From Candidatus Nealsonbacteria bacterium (GTDB lineage Bacteria > Patescibacteriota > Minisyncoccia > Minisyncoccales > PWPS01): 44,466 nucleotides of DNA. The position numbers and the translations under genes were made by a program. The notes beneath the pieces are model-generated. The model was not told where the DNA came from, searched no databases, and saw only the letters and a list, made by a program, of their open reading frames with translations. This document shows positions 1 to 8,766 of the stretch, one piece after another; positions within the stretch are counted from its first letter, which is position 1; every line of letters begins with the position of its first letter. Location of the stretch: positions 1 through 44,466 of the forward strand of contig PWJI01000043.1 of the NCBI GenBank assembly GCA_003560095.1, given 5' to 3'.

Positions 1-50
1 AAATAACCTAGAACAAGAAAGAGAGGAGTGAAATTTAAAATTTTTATAAA

Positions 51-1169
51 TCAATGAAATATTCTTTTTATTTTTGGGTTTAACCGGGTAATTAATTCAT
101 AGGTAGTTGTATTTGAGGTGAGTGCTACTTTTTGAGCACTTACTGGCGAATCTTCTCTGTTTTCAATAATAATTACATCGTCTCCTCTTTTGACATTTTT
201 GATGTCGGTTATATCAACAACCAGCATATCCATGGAGACGATGCCGAGAACTTTTGCTTCTTTGTTTTTTATAAGCACTCTTCCCTTCAAGGAAAGTGAT
301 CGTGGAAATCCGTGCCAATAACCTATTGGCAATATGGCTATTTGTGTTTTGCGTGTTGTTTTTTCCAAAAGATTATAACCAATGCCTTTTCCTTTTGGGA
401 CATTTTTAATTTGGGCAACTATTGTCTTCCAAGAGAGAGCCGGTTTAATTTTAATTTTTGAAGAGAAAAGGTTTTTTATCTCCTCTGATGGCCATATTCC
501 GTATAAGCCAATTCCTATTCTGGTCATGTCAAAATGGTTTTTAGGAGAAATGATTGTTCCCGATGTCGCTGATGCGTGCTTTATTGTGTTATGAAAACCG
601 TTTTTTTCAAGAATCTGTATTGCTTTTTTAAATTTATTTGTTTGGCGTTTTGTTTCTTCTTGCATTTTTGGATTTTTTGCGCAAGAAAAATGAGTATAAA
701 CTCCTTCAAGAAAAATATTTTTGTCTTTTTTTATTATTTTTAAAACTTTCTCTATTTCATTTATAAAAATTCCTTGACGATGCATCCCTGTATCAACCTT
801 AAGGTGAACCTTTAAAGCAGGAGAAGACTTTTTTATTTTTTTAAGACAATTTAATTGATAAATATCAGAAATAGTAATTGAGATATTATTTTTTTTAGCA
901 AAATCTATTCCTTCTTCCAGCGAGTGTCCAAGAACTAAAATGGGTTTTTTTATTTTCTTTTTTCTTAGTGTTTCTGCCTCAACCAAAGAATCTACTCCCA
1001 AGAAATCAATCCCCAATTTTTCAAGTTCATAAGAAAAATCAATTAAATTATGACCATAGGCATTTGATTTTACTACTGCCATTAGTAAGCAATCAGGAGC
1101 AATTATTTTTCTAAATTCGTTGTAATTATTTTTTATATTTTTTTTACTAACTTGAATCCATGTGCGCAT
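51..1169 (-). CDS. alr: Alanine racemase
   Basis: PLP-lysine motif MAVVKSNAYGH, KVDTGMHRQG, GVYTHF, IGY, PIGYWHG, G.VSMD; 372 aa. Confidence 0.97.
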   Translation of the reverse strand: MRTWIQVSKKNIKNNYNEFRKIIAPDCLLMAVVKSNAYGHNLIDFSYELEKLGIDFLGVDSLVEAETLRKKKIKKPILVLGHSLEEGIDFAKKNNISITISDIYQLNCLKKIKKSSPALKVHLKVDTGMHRQGIFINEIEKVLKIIKKDKNIFLEGVYTHFSCAKNPKMQEETKRQTNKFKKAIQILEKNGFHNTIKHASATSGTIISPKNHFDMTRIGIGLYGIWPSEEIKNLFSSKIKIKPALSWKTIVAQIKNVPKGKGIGYNLLEKTTRKTQIAILPIGYWHGFPRSLSLKGRVLIKNKEAKVLGIVSMDMLVVDITDIKNVKRGDDVIIIENREDSPVSAQKVALTSNTTTYELITRLNPKIKRIFH

Positions 1170-1215
1170 AAATTTGTAATTTATAGTAGGAGGATTATTT
1201 AAAATAACTTCTTTG

Positions 1216-1224
1216 TGCTATTAT
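1216..1224 (+). promoter_or_regulatory. Putative extended -10 promoter (TGcTATTAT) for the NUDIX-AEC-MFS operon
   Basis: TG-n-TATTAT 32 nt upstream of ATG 1257; AT-rich context raises the chance of a random match. Confidence 0.4.
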
Positions 1225-1256
1225 ATCAAAAAATTAAAACAGTTAGTTTATTAAAC

Positions 1257-1679
1257 ATGAATAATGCAAAAAAAGAAAGAGTTCGTGCTGTAATATTGAA
1301 AAATAAAGAAATTATTTTAATTAAGAGAGTGAAAAAAAATGATTTATATTGGGTTATTCCCGGAGGGGGAGTAGAGGAAGGAGAGACCAGAGAAGAAGCC
1401 GTTAAAAGGGAGTGCTTGGAGGAAGTTGGTGTTGAAGTAGAAATAGAGAAAAAAATTTTTGAAAAAATTTCCAAAAAACCGGCAACACAAGGACAAAAAG
1501 AAATTTTTTATTTGTGCATTGTTGTTGGCGGAGAGATAGGGACGGGAAAGGGCCCTGAGTTTCAAGAAAATAACGGTTATGATGGAGAGCATGTAGTAGA
1601 AACAATAGCGCTAAAAGATGCTATAAAGATAAATCTAAAACCGGAAGAAATTAAGGAAGTGATAAAAAATATATCTTAA
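1257..1679 (+). CDS. NUDIX hydrolase
   Basis: Nudix box GGGVEEGETREEAVKRECLEEVG; start moved from GTG 1215 to ATG 1257. Confidence 0.92.
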   Translation: MNNAKKERVRAVILKNKEIILIKRVKKNDLYWVIPGGGVEEGETREEAVKRECLEEVGVEVEIEKKIFEKISKKPATQGQKEIFYLCIVVGGEIGTGKGPEFQENNGYDGEHVVETIALKDAIKINLKPEEIKEVIKNIS

Positions 1680-1680
1680 G

Positions 1681-2580
1681 ATGGAGATTTTAGAAAACAT
1701 ATTTTCAATTTTTTTAGCTTTCTTTTTGGGGTATTTTCTTAAAGTTTTTGGTTTTTTAAAAAAAGAAAAGGCAGATATTTTTTTTAAACTTGTCTTTTCG
1801 TTTTTTCTACCCGTTTTAATTATTTTATCCGTAAGCCAGGCAAAAATTTCTTCGGAAATGATTATTTTGCCATTTATTCCTCTTGCAATATCTCTTTTAA
1901 TATTTTTTGTTTCTTTTTTATCGGGAAGAATAATGAGGATGGAAAATCAATACTTTGGTCCATTCCTTGTAGGTACAATTGCAATGAATATAGGATTTAC
2001 CTTACCCTTTATAATTAATTCTTATGGGAACGAGGGGCTTACGAGAATAATTATCTTTGATATAGGAAATGCTTTTATGGCCCTTACTTTGGCATATTAT
2101 TTGGCTTGCAAATATGGAGAAAATGGAAATAAAAAGATAAATATTTTTAGAAAATTTCTCTCTTCTCCTCCTCTTTTAGCACTTATGATTGGCCTTTTAA
2201 TTAATTTTTTAGAAATTGAGATGCAAAAGAATATGGTCATTGCCTTTGATGCCTTAAGTAGGTTTACTGTTCCTCTTATTTTGGTAGCCGTAGGAACATA
2301 TTTTACACCGAAAATAATAAAACCCTTTTATGTTGGATTGGCTGTTTTTTTGCGTATGTTTTTGGGTCTTTTGCTTGGCTTTATTGTTGTTTGGTTTTTA
2401 GGATTAGATGGAATTGACAAGTATATTGTTTTAATGGGCTCTTGTGCTCCTATAGGATTTTCTTCAATTATTTTCTCGTCACTCGAAAAAATGAATAAAG
2501 AATTTGCTGCCAGTATGGTTTCTATAGGAATGCTTGTTGGGATTTTTCTTTCTTCTTTCTTAACAATATTTTTAACGTAA
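1681..2580 (+). CDS. AEC (auxin efflux carrier/malate permease-like) family transporter
   Basis: About 10 TM segments, LPVLII, NIGF.LP, SPPLLA, AVFLRM, APIG motifs; 299 aa. Confidence 0.85.
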   Translation: MEILENIFSIFLAFFLGYFLKVFGFLKKEKADIFFKLVFSFFLPVLIILSVSQAKISSEMIILPFIPLAISLLIFFVSFLSGRIMRMENQYFGPFLVGTIAMNIGFTLPFIINSYGNEGLTRIIIFDIGNAFMALTLAYYLACKYGENGNKKINIFRKFLSSPPLLALMIGLLINFLEIEMQKNMVIAFDALSRFTVPLILVAVGTYFTPKIIKPFYVGLAVFLRMFLGLLLGFIVVWFLGLDGIDKYIVLMGSCAPIGFSSIIFSSLEKMNKEFAASMVSIGMLVGIFLSSFLTIFLT

Positions 2581-2581
2581 A

Positions 2582-3784
2582 ATGAGTTTATTTCCTAAGA
2601 TTGAAAAAATAACAAAAGATGTTACGGTCATACATTTTCTTTTGATGTTCGGGTATAAGCTGTTTTCTTTGTATTTCCCCTTATTTTTAGTTGCAAACAA
2701 TCTTTCCTTTCATCAAATTGGATATACGTATCTTTTAATTTATTTATCAATTGCCATTTTTTCTCCCGTGGTTGGGTATTTGAGTCATAAAATAAATCCT
2801 GCAATACTGGCTTTTTTGGGTATTTTAGGTTATGGAGCTTACTCTCTTGGAATGATCTTGACTCCTCTTTATGAGCAAAATTATTTTTTTATATTATTTT
2901 ATTTGTGGCAATTTTTCTTAGGTTTTTCGGCAGCACTTTTCTCTACTTCTTTTCGAGGAATATTAATGGAGAGCTCGCTTAAGAAACCAAGTAGGGCTTT
3001 TGGATGGTTTTACTCTGCTCCGTTTTGCGCAGCATCATTAGCTCCGGTTTTTGGAGCTTTCTTTGTTTGGAAATTTGGTTTTGTCGGAGTTTTTATTTTT
3101 AGTCTAATAATTCATTTTTTTAATGCTCTTTATTGCATTTTTAAGCTTCGTTTTCCAAAAAAAGATTCATCAAGCAGTAGTCTTAATTTTTTTACAGCGA
3201 GAAAAAGCTATATTTCTTTATTTAAAAAAATCAAAGAGAAAGAAGTAATTTTTTTCTTCATTGTTTCTTTTGCGGTTTTATTTTTGGCTGGTATATACAA
3301 GGCTTTTTTTATTTTGTTTTTAAAGGACAGTATTGGCTGGGGACAAGATTTTATTCTTTTTTTTATAGCTCTTTTTTCTTTTCTTTTTATGCCAATTGCT
3401 TTTTGGACTATCAAGAAATTAGGAAAAAAGAATCTTTTTAAAAATGTTTTTCAGGGCGGGATTCTTACAGGATTATCAACTATGATTTTAGGAGTTGCCC
3501 CTTCTTTCTTAGGGTTTTTTTCCGTACTACTTATTAATTTTGGAAAATCTGCAGGAGAGCTTATAACCAGCTCTGCAAGAAGTGGATTAATTCATAGAAA
3601 ACTTAATTTTCATCCAAAAGAAGCAGGAGTAATCGATGCTATCTTTAGGCCCACCGGAATTGCAATCGGTTCCTTGATTGCAGGGATTTTCGTTTCTTAT
3701 TTAGGATATGAGCTGCTTTTTATTGTTTTTGGGGGAGGAGTTGTTTTTGTAACTCTTGTTGGCGGTTTTTTTATTTTTCGGTAG
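2582..3784 (+). CDS. MFS transporter
   Basis: About 12 hydrophobic segments in two halves, GYLSHKI loop, RAFGWF...APVFG; 400 aa. Confidence 0.85.
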   Translation: MSLFPKIEKITKDVTVIHFLLMFGYKLFSLYFPLFLVANNLSFHQIGYTYLLIYLSIAIFSPVVGYLSHKINPAILAFLGILGYGAYSLGMILTPLYEQNYFFILFYLWQFFLGFSAALFSTSFRGILMESSLKKPSRAFGWFYSAPFCAASLAPVFGAFFVWKFGFVGVFIFSLIIHFFNALYCIFKLRFPKKDSSSSSLNFFTARKSYISLFKKIKEKEVIFFFIVSFAVLFLAGIYKAFFILFLKDSIGWGQDFILFFIALFSFLFMPIAFWTIKKLGKKNLFKNVFQGGILTGLSTMILGVAPSFLGFFSVLLINFGKSAGELITSSARSGLIHRKLNFHPKEAGVIDAIFRPTGIAIGSLIAGIFVSYLGYELLFIVFGGGVVFVTLVGGFFIFR

Positions 3785-5441
3785 ATTGCTTTTTAAGCTT
3801 AGAAAGCTCTTCTTCTATTAGCTCTTTTTCTATTTTTTTATAAATAGGTTTTGTCTTGCTTGGTTTTATTTTTTTATTCAAAGGATATTCCCATTTTATA
3901 TCAGAAAAATCTTCTCCCAATTGAATATGTATTTCTTCAGATGTGGTGGGTAAAAAAGGATTAATTAATATAGAAATGCATTTAACAATATGAGCTGCAA
4001 CCGCCAAGTCTTTTTCTGCTTTTTTAGGGTTTTCTTTTATAGTCGCCCAAGGCTTAGCATTATCGATAAAGCGATTTCCTTCTTCTGCCAACTTAAAAAT
4101 TTCTTGTAGTGCTTTTCTAAATTTACCTTCCTCAATAAGAATCGATGTTTTGGGAAAGGTTTTTTCTGCCAAAGCAAGAAATTTATGAGACTGAGGACTT
4201 ATATCATCAGAAAAACTAACGCCTTCTTTAAAGTTTTTTTCAATAAAAGAAAGAACCCTGTAAATATAATTACCAAAATTACCGATTAATTCGTTATTTG
4301 TTCTACTTGAAAATTCATTCCAGGAAAAATCTGAGTCTGACGTTTCTGATCCGTTTGCAATAAGATAATATCTAAGCGTATCACAATCAAAATTTTTCAA
4401 AAAATCAGGAATCCAGATTGCCCAATTTCTACTTTTTGATAGTTGTTTTTTCTCTAGGGTAAGATATTCAGAAGATATTATTCGATCGGGAAGGTGAAGG
4501 TTTTTATATCCCAAAAGGATTGATGGCCAAATAATTGAGTGAAAAGGAATGTTATCTTTTCCGTGAACGTAGTAATGTATTGCATTTTTGTTTTTCCAAT
4601 ATTTTTCCCATTCCTTGTCTTTTCCTATTTTTTTTGACCACTCTTTACTTGCACTTAAATACCCACAAACTGCTTCAAACCAAACATATATTTTTTTTCT
4701 TTCATATCCTTTTATAGGAACGGGAACTCCCCATAAGGTGTCTCGAGTTATGGAGCGATCGTGAAGGCCTTGCAAAAGTAATTGAAAAGTAAAGTTTTTT
4801 GCTCCAATGCGCCAACCCTTACTTTCTTTTACCCATTTTTTAAGATCTTTTTCAAGGGAAGTTAATTTAAGAAAAAAATGTTCCGAACTTTTCCACTTTG
4901 GAGTATTTTCACAAGTTTTACACTTTGGTTTTATGAGTTCTTTTGTGTTCATTAAATTTCCACAATTATCGCATTGATCTCCTCTTGCAGAATCAAATCC
5001 GCACAAGTAACATTTTCCTTCTATATATCTATCAGGAAGAAATTTTTCGCAAGACGGGCAGTAGGGTAAATTTTCTGTTTTTTTGTATATATATCCGTCA
5101 TTAAATAATTTTGTAAATATTTTTTGAACGGTTTTATGGTGCTCTTTGGATGTTGTTTTTGTGTAAAAATCATACGAAAAATTCATTCCATCAATAAGGG
5201 TTTCTTGAAATTCTTGGTGATACTTTTCGGCAATACTTGAAGGTGTTGAATTTTGTTTTTCTGCCTCAAATACAATTGGAGTGCCGTAGCAGTCGCTTCC
5301 TGAAACAAAAAGGACATCGTCTCCTTTAATTCGAAAATAACGAGCAAGAACGTCAGACCCTATAAGACCGGCAACATGACCCAAGTGAAGAGAACCGTTA
5401 GCATAAGGAAGTGCTGCTGCTATAAGTATCTTTTTTTTCAT
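3771..5441 (-). CDS. metG: Methionine--tRNA ligase (short form, no C-terminal Trbp111 domain)
   Basis: ALPYANGSLHLGH, four CxxC zinc-knuckle motifs, YVWFEA, GKDNIPFH, KMSKS-like QLSKS. Confidence 0.98.
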   Translation of the reverse strand: MKKKILIAAALPYANGSLHLGHVAGLIGSDVLARYFRIKGDDVLFVSGSDCYGTPIVFEAEKQNSTPSSIAEKYHQEFQETLIDGMNFSYDFYTKTTSKEHHKTVQKIFTKLFNDGYIYKKTENLPYCPSCEKFLPDRYIEGKCYLCGFDSARGDQCDNCGNLMNTKELIKPKCKTCENTPKWKSSEHFFLKLTSLEKDLKKWVKESKGWRIGAKNFTFQLLLQGLHDRSITRDTLWGVPVPIKGYERKKIYVWFEAVCGYLSASKEWSKKIGKDKEWEKYWKNKNAIHYYVHGKDNIPFHSIIWPSILLGYKNLHLPDRIISSEYLTLEKKQLSKSRNWAIWIPDFLKNFDCDTLRYYLIANGSETSDSDFSWNEFSSRTNNELIGNFGNYIYRVLSFIEKNFKEGVSFSDDISPQSHKFLALAEKTFPKTSILIEEGKFRKALQEIFKLAEEGNRFIDNAKPWATIKENPKKAEKDLAVAAHIVKCISILINPFLPTTSEEIHIQLGEDFSDIKWEYPLNKKIKPSKTKPIYKKIEKELIEEELSKLKKQSTEK

Positions 5442-5472
5442 ATTAATGTTTTAAAGTAGGGGATTATTTTGC

Positions 5473-5501
5473 TTGACCAAAAGCAAATTTTTAATTACGA
5501 T
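5473..5501 (+). promoter_or_regulatory. sigma70-type promoter TTGACC-N17-TACGAT
   Basis: -35 at 5473-5478, -10 at 5496-5501, ATG 6 nt downstream at 5508. Confidence 0.6.
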
Positions 5502-5507
5502 GTAGGA

Positions 5508-5723
5508 ATGAAAGATGTTTTAAAAATAAGAATATTTTTTTTGATTTTGATATTTTTGCCATTTTATGTTTTTTCTCAAGAGCTTGAGCCCATTATAACA
5601 GAACCTTCGCAAATTATACAATTTTTCAATAATATAATCGAATATGCGGCGATTTTACTGGATAGTATTTTTGCATTTATTTCTAACATCATCTCGTCAT
5701 TTTTTCAACATTTTATCTCTTAA
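5508..5723 (+). CDS. Small exported/membrane protein with signal peptide (71 aa)
   Basis: Basic N-terminus, hydrophobic core, VFS|QE cleavage-like site, amphipathic C-terminal helix; start moved from TTG 5469 to ATG 5508. Confidence 0.6.
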   Translation: MKDVLKIRIFFLILIFLPFYVFSQELEPIITEPSQIIQFFNNIIEYAAILLDSIFAFISNIISSFFQHFIS

Positions 5724-5817
5724 GAGTTTTATAAAATATAATATAAGGAGAATATAATAAGCAAAAAAATAAGATGAAAGGGATTATAAAAAAATATTTA
5801 TCTAAAAATAACTGATT

Positions 5818-6270
5818 ATGAGAAACGGTGCCATTGCTTTTTTGTTTTTAATTACCTTAGCACTTCTTTTTTATTATTATGATTCACCCGAAGAAGAAAG
5901 AGGAATAGAACAAGAAAGAGAAGAAAGTGTCATCACTGTTCAAGAATATGATTCACCTCAGCAAGAAAGAGAAGAAAGTGTTATCGAGGAAAGTTTTTTA
6001 AGCGAAGACAATGTGCAAGAAGGTCAAGAAATTACTATTACAGGTAATATTTTCTATGACGATTCTAAGAATAATGATTATTTTTGGTACTTAAGGGAAA
6101 AAGAAGAAGAGAAAGAATTAAAATTAATAATGGACGATGAAACCGATTGTCGTATTGAAGCTGATTGCTGTGAAAAATTACTTTCAAACAAAGAAAAGAT
6201 AATAGAAGAAATGGTAACCGTAAAAGGAGAAAAATACGAAAATAAATTAATTGTCAAAGAAATAAAATAA
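5818..6270 (+). CDS. Membrane-anchored acidic hypothetical protein, possible C-terminal OB-like beta domain
   Basis: N-terminal TM, duplicated QEREESVI linker, ITITG...VTVKGE...LIVKEI pattern. Confidence 0.75.
   Translation: MRNGAIAFLFLITLALLFYYYDSPEEERGIEQEREESVITVQEYDSPQQEREESVIEESFLSEDNVQEGQEITITGNIFYDDSKNNDYFWYLREKEEEKELKLIMDDETDCRIEADCCEKLLSNKEKIIEEMVTVKGEKYENKLIVKEIK
5911..5981 (+). repeat. Intragenic direct repeat, 2 x 20 bp CAAGAAAGAGAAGAAAGTGT
   Basis: Copies at 5911-5930 and 5962-5981; TATGATTCACC also repeated at 5878 and 5947. Confidence 0.85.
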
Positions 6271-6288
6271 AATATATCTTGTAACAAC

Positions 6289-6813
6289 ATGTCAAATAAG
6301 TTAATACCAAAATCAATTTTTTTTATTTTTCTTTTTGTTGCAGTGCTTGTTTTTCTTTTTATCTTTTTAGGTGAGAAAGATACCGGCAGTGACTTTTCTT
6401 TAATAAAAGAAAGTCATGTTTTTGAAAACCAAAAAGATGTAGTCAAGTACCTTGAGAAAGATGTGATAAATCCTTCAAGAGAAGACGGGGTTGTTTTTGC
6501 CAATTATTATGAGTTTGGCACAGAGAAAGAGAAAATTTTTTTGTGGGCTTATATTGTCGAGTATTATATGGAAAACGGAATAATAAAAGAGGGGGAGAGG
6601 GCTTCTTTGCCGATGACACTTTTTCTTTCAAAATCAAAAAAACCAATAGGGCATAATTATATACAAGAAGAGGGGGATGCTCATAAAATTTTTCCGGAAA
6701 AATACGAAAAAGAGTTAATTAATTTTCGAGAAGACAATAGAAATATAGTTTTAAAATTGGAAAAATCGATAACAGAAAAAGCAGAAAATTATTTTAACGA
6801 AAAACAATTTTAG
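6289..6813 (+). CDS. Membrane-anchored hypothetical protein
   Basis: N-terminal TM then soluble domain; 174 aa, in line with neighbours. Confidence 0.75.
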   Translation: MSNKLIPKSIFFIFLFVAVLVFLFIFLGEKDTGSDFSLIKESHVFENQKDVVKYLEKDVINPSREDGVVFANYYEFGTEKEKIFLWAYIVEYYMENGIIKEGERASLPMTLFLSKSKKPIGHNYIQEEGDAHKIFPEKYEKELINFREDNRNIVLKLEKSITEKAENYFNEKQF

Positions 6814-6830
6814 CTTGGGGAAAATATAAT

Positions 6831-6858
6831 TTGTCTTAAATTTTTTTTACTATATAAT
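6831..6858 (+). promoter_or_regulatory. sigma70-type promoter TTGTCT-N16-TATAAT
   Basis: -35 at 6831-6836, -10 at 6853-6858, ATG 6 nt downstream at 6865. Confidence 0.55.
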
Positions 6859-6864
6859 GATTAA

Positions 6865-7506
6865 ATGGAGGTAGAGAAAAAAGATAGTTTGAAAAGGAAA
6901 GAGGTAATATATTGTTTTGACTTTGATGGTACTATTGCAGACACTCTTCCTCTCATCATCAAAAAAGCGGATTTTGCTTTAAGAAAAAGCGGTATGAAGG
7001 AGATTGATGGTGATTTTTTGAGAAAAATAAGAAAAGAAGGTATTGAGGAAGTTTTTAAAGAAATGAATGTTCCATTATATAAGCTCTTTTTTTTATACAT
7101 AAAAATAAAAAGGGGAATGAATCAAGGCATTGGAGGTGTTGTGATGAAAGAAGAAATGAAAGAAGTTCTTCTTGAATTAAAAAGGAGAAATCATTCTCTT
7201 GGTGTATTAACATCAAATTCAAGAAAAAATGTAAATTATTTCTTGAGGGAAAATGGTGTTGATTTTTTTGACTTTGTAAATAGCTCGGGTATATTTAATA
7301 AGGCGAATAAAATAAAAAAATTAAAAAGAAAAGGAGGGATTTTTGTTTATATTGGTGATGAAATACGAGATATAGATGCGGGAAAAAAAGCAGGGGCCAA
7401 GACAGTTGCAGTCCCTTGGGGCCTTAGCTCAAAAAAAGCATTGCAGCTTGCATGTCCTGATTTTTTAATAGAGAATCCTCGAGATCTTTTAAGTCTTCCT
7501 TTTTGA
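6865..7506 (+). CDS. HAD-IA family hydrolase (phosphoglycolate phosphatase-like)
   Basis: Motif I FDFDGT, motif II LTSN, motif IV IGDEIRD. Confidence 0.92.
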   Translation: MEVEKKDSLKRKEVIYCFDFDGTIADTLPLIIKKADFALRKSGMKEIDGDFLRKIRKEGIEEVFKEMNVPLYKLFFLYIKIKRGMNQGIGGVVMKEEMKEVLLELKRRNHSLGVLTSNSRKNVNYFLRENGVDFFDFVNSSGIFNKANKIKKLKRKGGIFVYIGDEIRDIDAGKKAGAKTVAVPWGLSSKKALQLACPDFLIENPRDLLSLPF

Positions 7507-7535
7507 AATTTATATAATCTATATTTTCGTTTTTC

Positions 7536-8735
7536 ATGCAAAAAAAAGTACTAATGTTTGGATGGGAATTTCCACCTCATAATAGCGGAGGTCTTGGTGT
7601 TGCTTGCTATGGACTTTCAAAAAATTTGGCAAAAAAGGGAGTGAGAATATCTTTTGTGTTGCCAAAAAAAATTAAAGGAATTGAGAGTGATTTTTTGAAA
7701 ATTATTGACCCTGAATTCGCTTATGAAAACTCTTATCAATTTAATTCTATCTTGCATCCTTATATTACCGAAAAAAAATATGATTCTATTTTCTTTAAAT
7801 CAAAGCCCGTTTACGGAAAAACTCTTTTTGAGGAAGTCTTAAGATATGCCGATTTTGCAGATATTGTTGCTCAAAAAGAAGATTTTGACATTATCCATGC
7901 ACATGACTGGCTTTCCTTTGGTGCCGGAATAAGGGCTAAAGAAAGATCAGGAAAACCCTTTATAGCTCATATTCATGCAACGGAGTTTGATAGAGGCGGT
8001 GGTGAAGGAGTAAATTCTCTTGTCTATAGTCTTGAAAAGGAGGGAATGGAAAAAGCCGATAAGGTAATTGCTGTTAGTTATTTTACAAAAGAAATAATTT
8101 TAAAACATTACGGAATTAATCCCCAAAAAGTGGAAGTAGTGCACAATGGAATTGATTTTTCCAAAGAGGAAGACGTTTCAAGAAATGTCCATCAAATAAA
8201 GAAAGCAGGTAAAAAAGTAGTTCTTTTTGTAGGAAGACTTACCCTCCAAAAGGGACCGGACTATTTTATTAAGGCGGCAAAAAGAGTTTGCGATTTTTCT
8301 AAAGATACTTATTTTATAATTTCAGGTTCTGGCGATATGGAAAATTATTTGATTGAAGAGGTTGCGCGAATGGGGATTTCCGACAAAGTTTTTTTTACCG
8401 GTTTTTTGAGAGGAGAAAAGTTAAAAGAAGTCTATCGTTTAGCTGATTTGTTTGTTATGCCCTCAGTTTCAGAGCCCTTTGGAATAACTCCGCTTGAATC
8501 TCTTATAAACGGTACACCGGTACTTATGTCAAGACAATCAGGTGTTTCAGAAGTTGTTTCGCATGCTCTTAAAGTTGATTTTTGGGATGTAGAAGGTATT
8601 TCTGATAAAATTTTAGCAGTATTAAATTATGATGCTCTTTCCTGTTGCCTTAAAGAGCACGGAAAAAAAGAAGTAAAAAAAATTAGCTGGGAAAGTGCTG
8701 CAGAGAAATGCATAAAGATATATAAATCAACTTGA
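7536..8735 (+). CDS. Glycosyltransferase family 4 (glycogen-cluster type)
   Basis: MFGWEFPP.NSGGLG, HAHDW, HATEFDR, GR...QKG, PSVSEPFGITPLE. Confidence 0.93.
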   Translation: MQKKVLMFGWEFPPHNSGGLGVACYGLSKNLAKKGVRISFVLPKKIKGIESDFLKIIDPEFAYENSYQFNSILHPYITEKKYDSIFFKSKPVYGKTLFEEVLRYADFADIVAQKEDFDIIHAHDWLSFGAGIRAKERSGKPFIAHIHATEFDRGGGEGVNSLVYSLEKEGMEKADKVIAVSYFTKEIILKHYGINPQKVEVVHNGIDFSKEEDVSRNVHQIKKAGKKVVLFVGRLTLQKGPDYFIKAAKRVCDFSKDTYFIISGSGDMENYLIEEVARMGISDKVFFTGFLRGEKLKEVYRLADLFVMPSVSEPFGITPLESLINGTPVLMSRQSGVSEVVSHALKVDFWDVEGISDKILAVLNYDALSCCLKEHGKKEVKKISWESAAEKCIKIYKST

Positions 8736-8766
8736 AAAAACAATATTTTATTATTTAAATTCTTCT

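Noticed and set aside
1-31. Possible 3' end of an upstream plus-strand CDS (NNLEQEREE*), similar to the EQEREE repeat near 5908
   Set aside because: Only 10 codons are visible and the purine-rich match is low complexity
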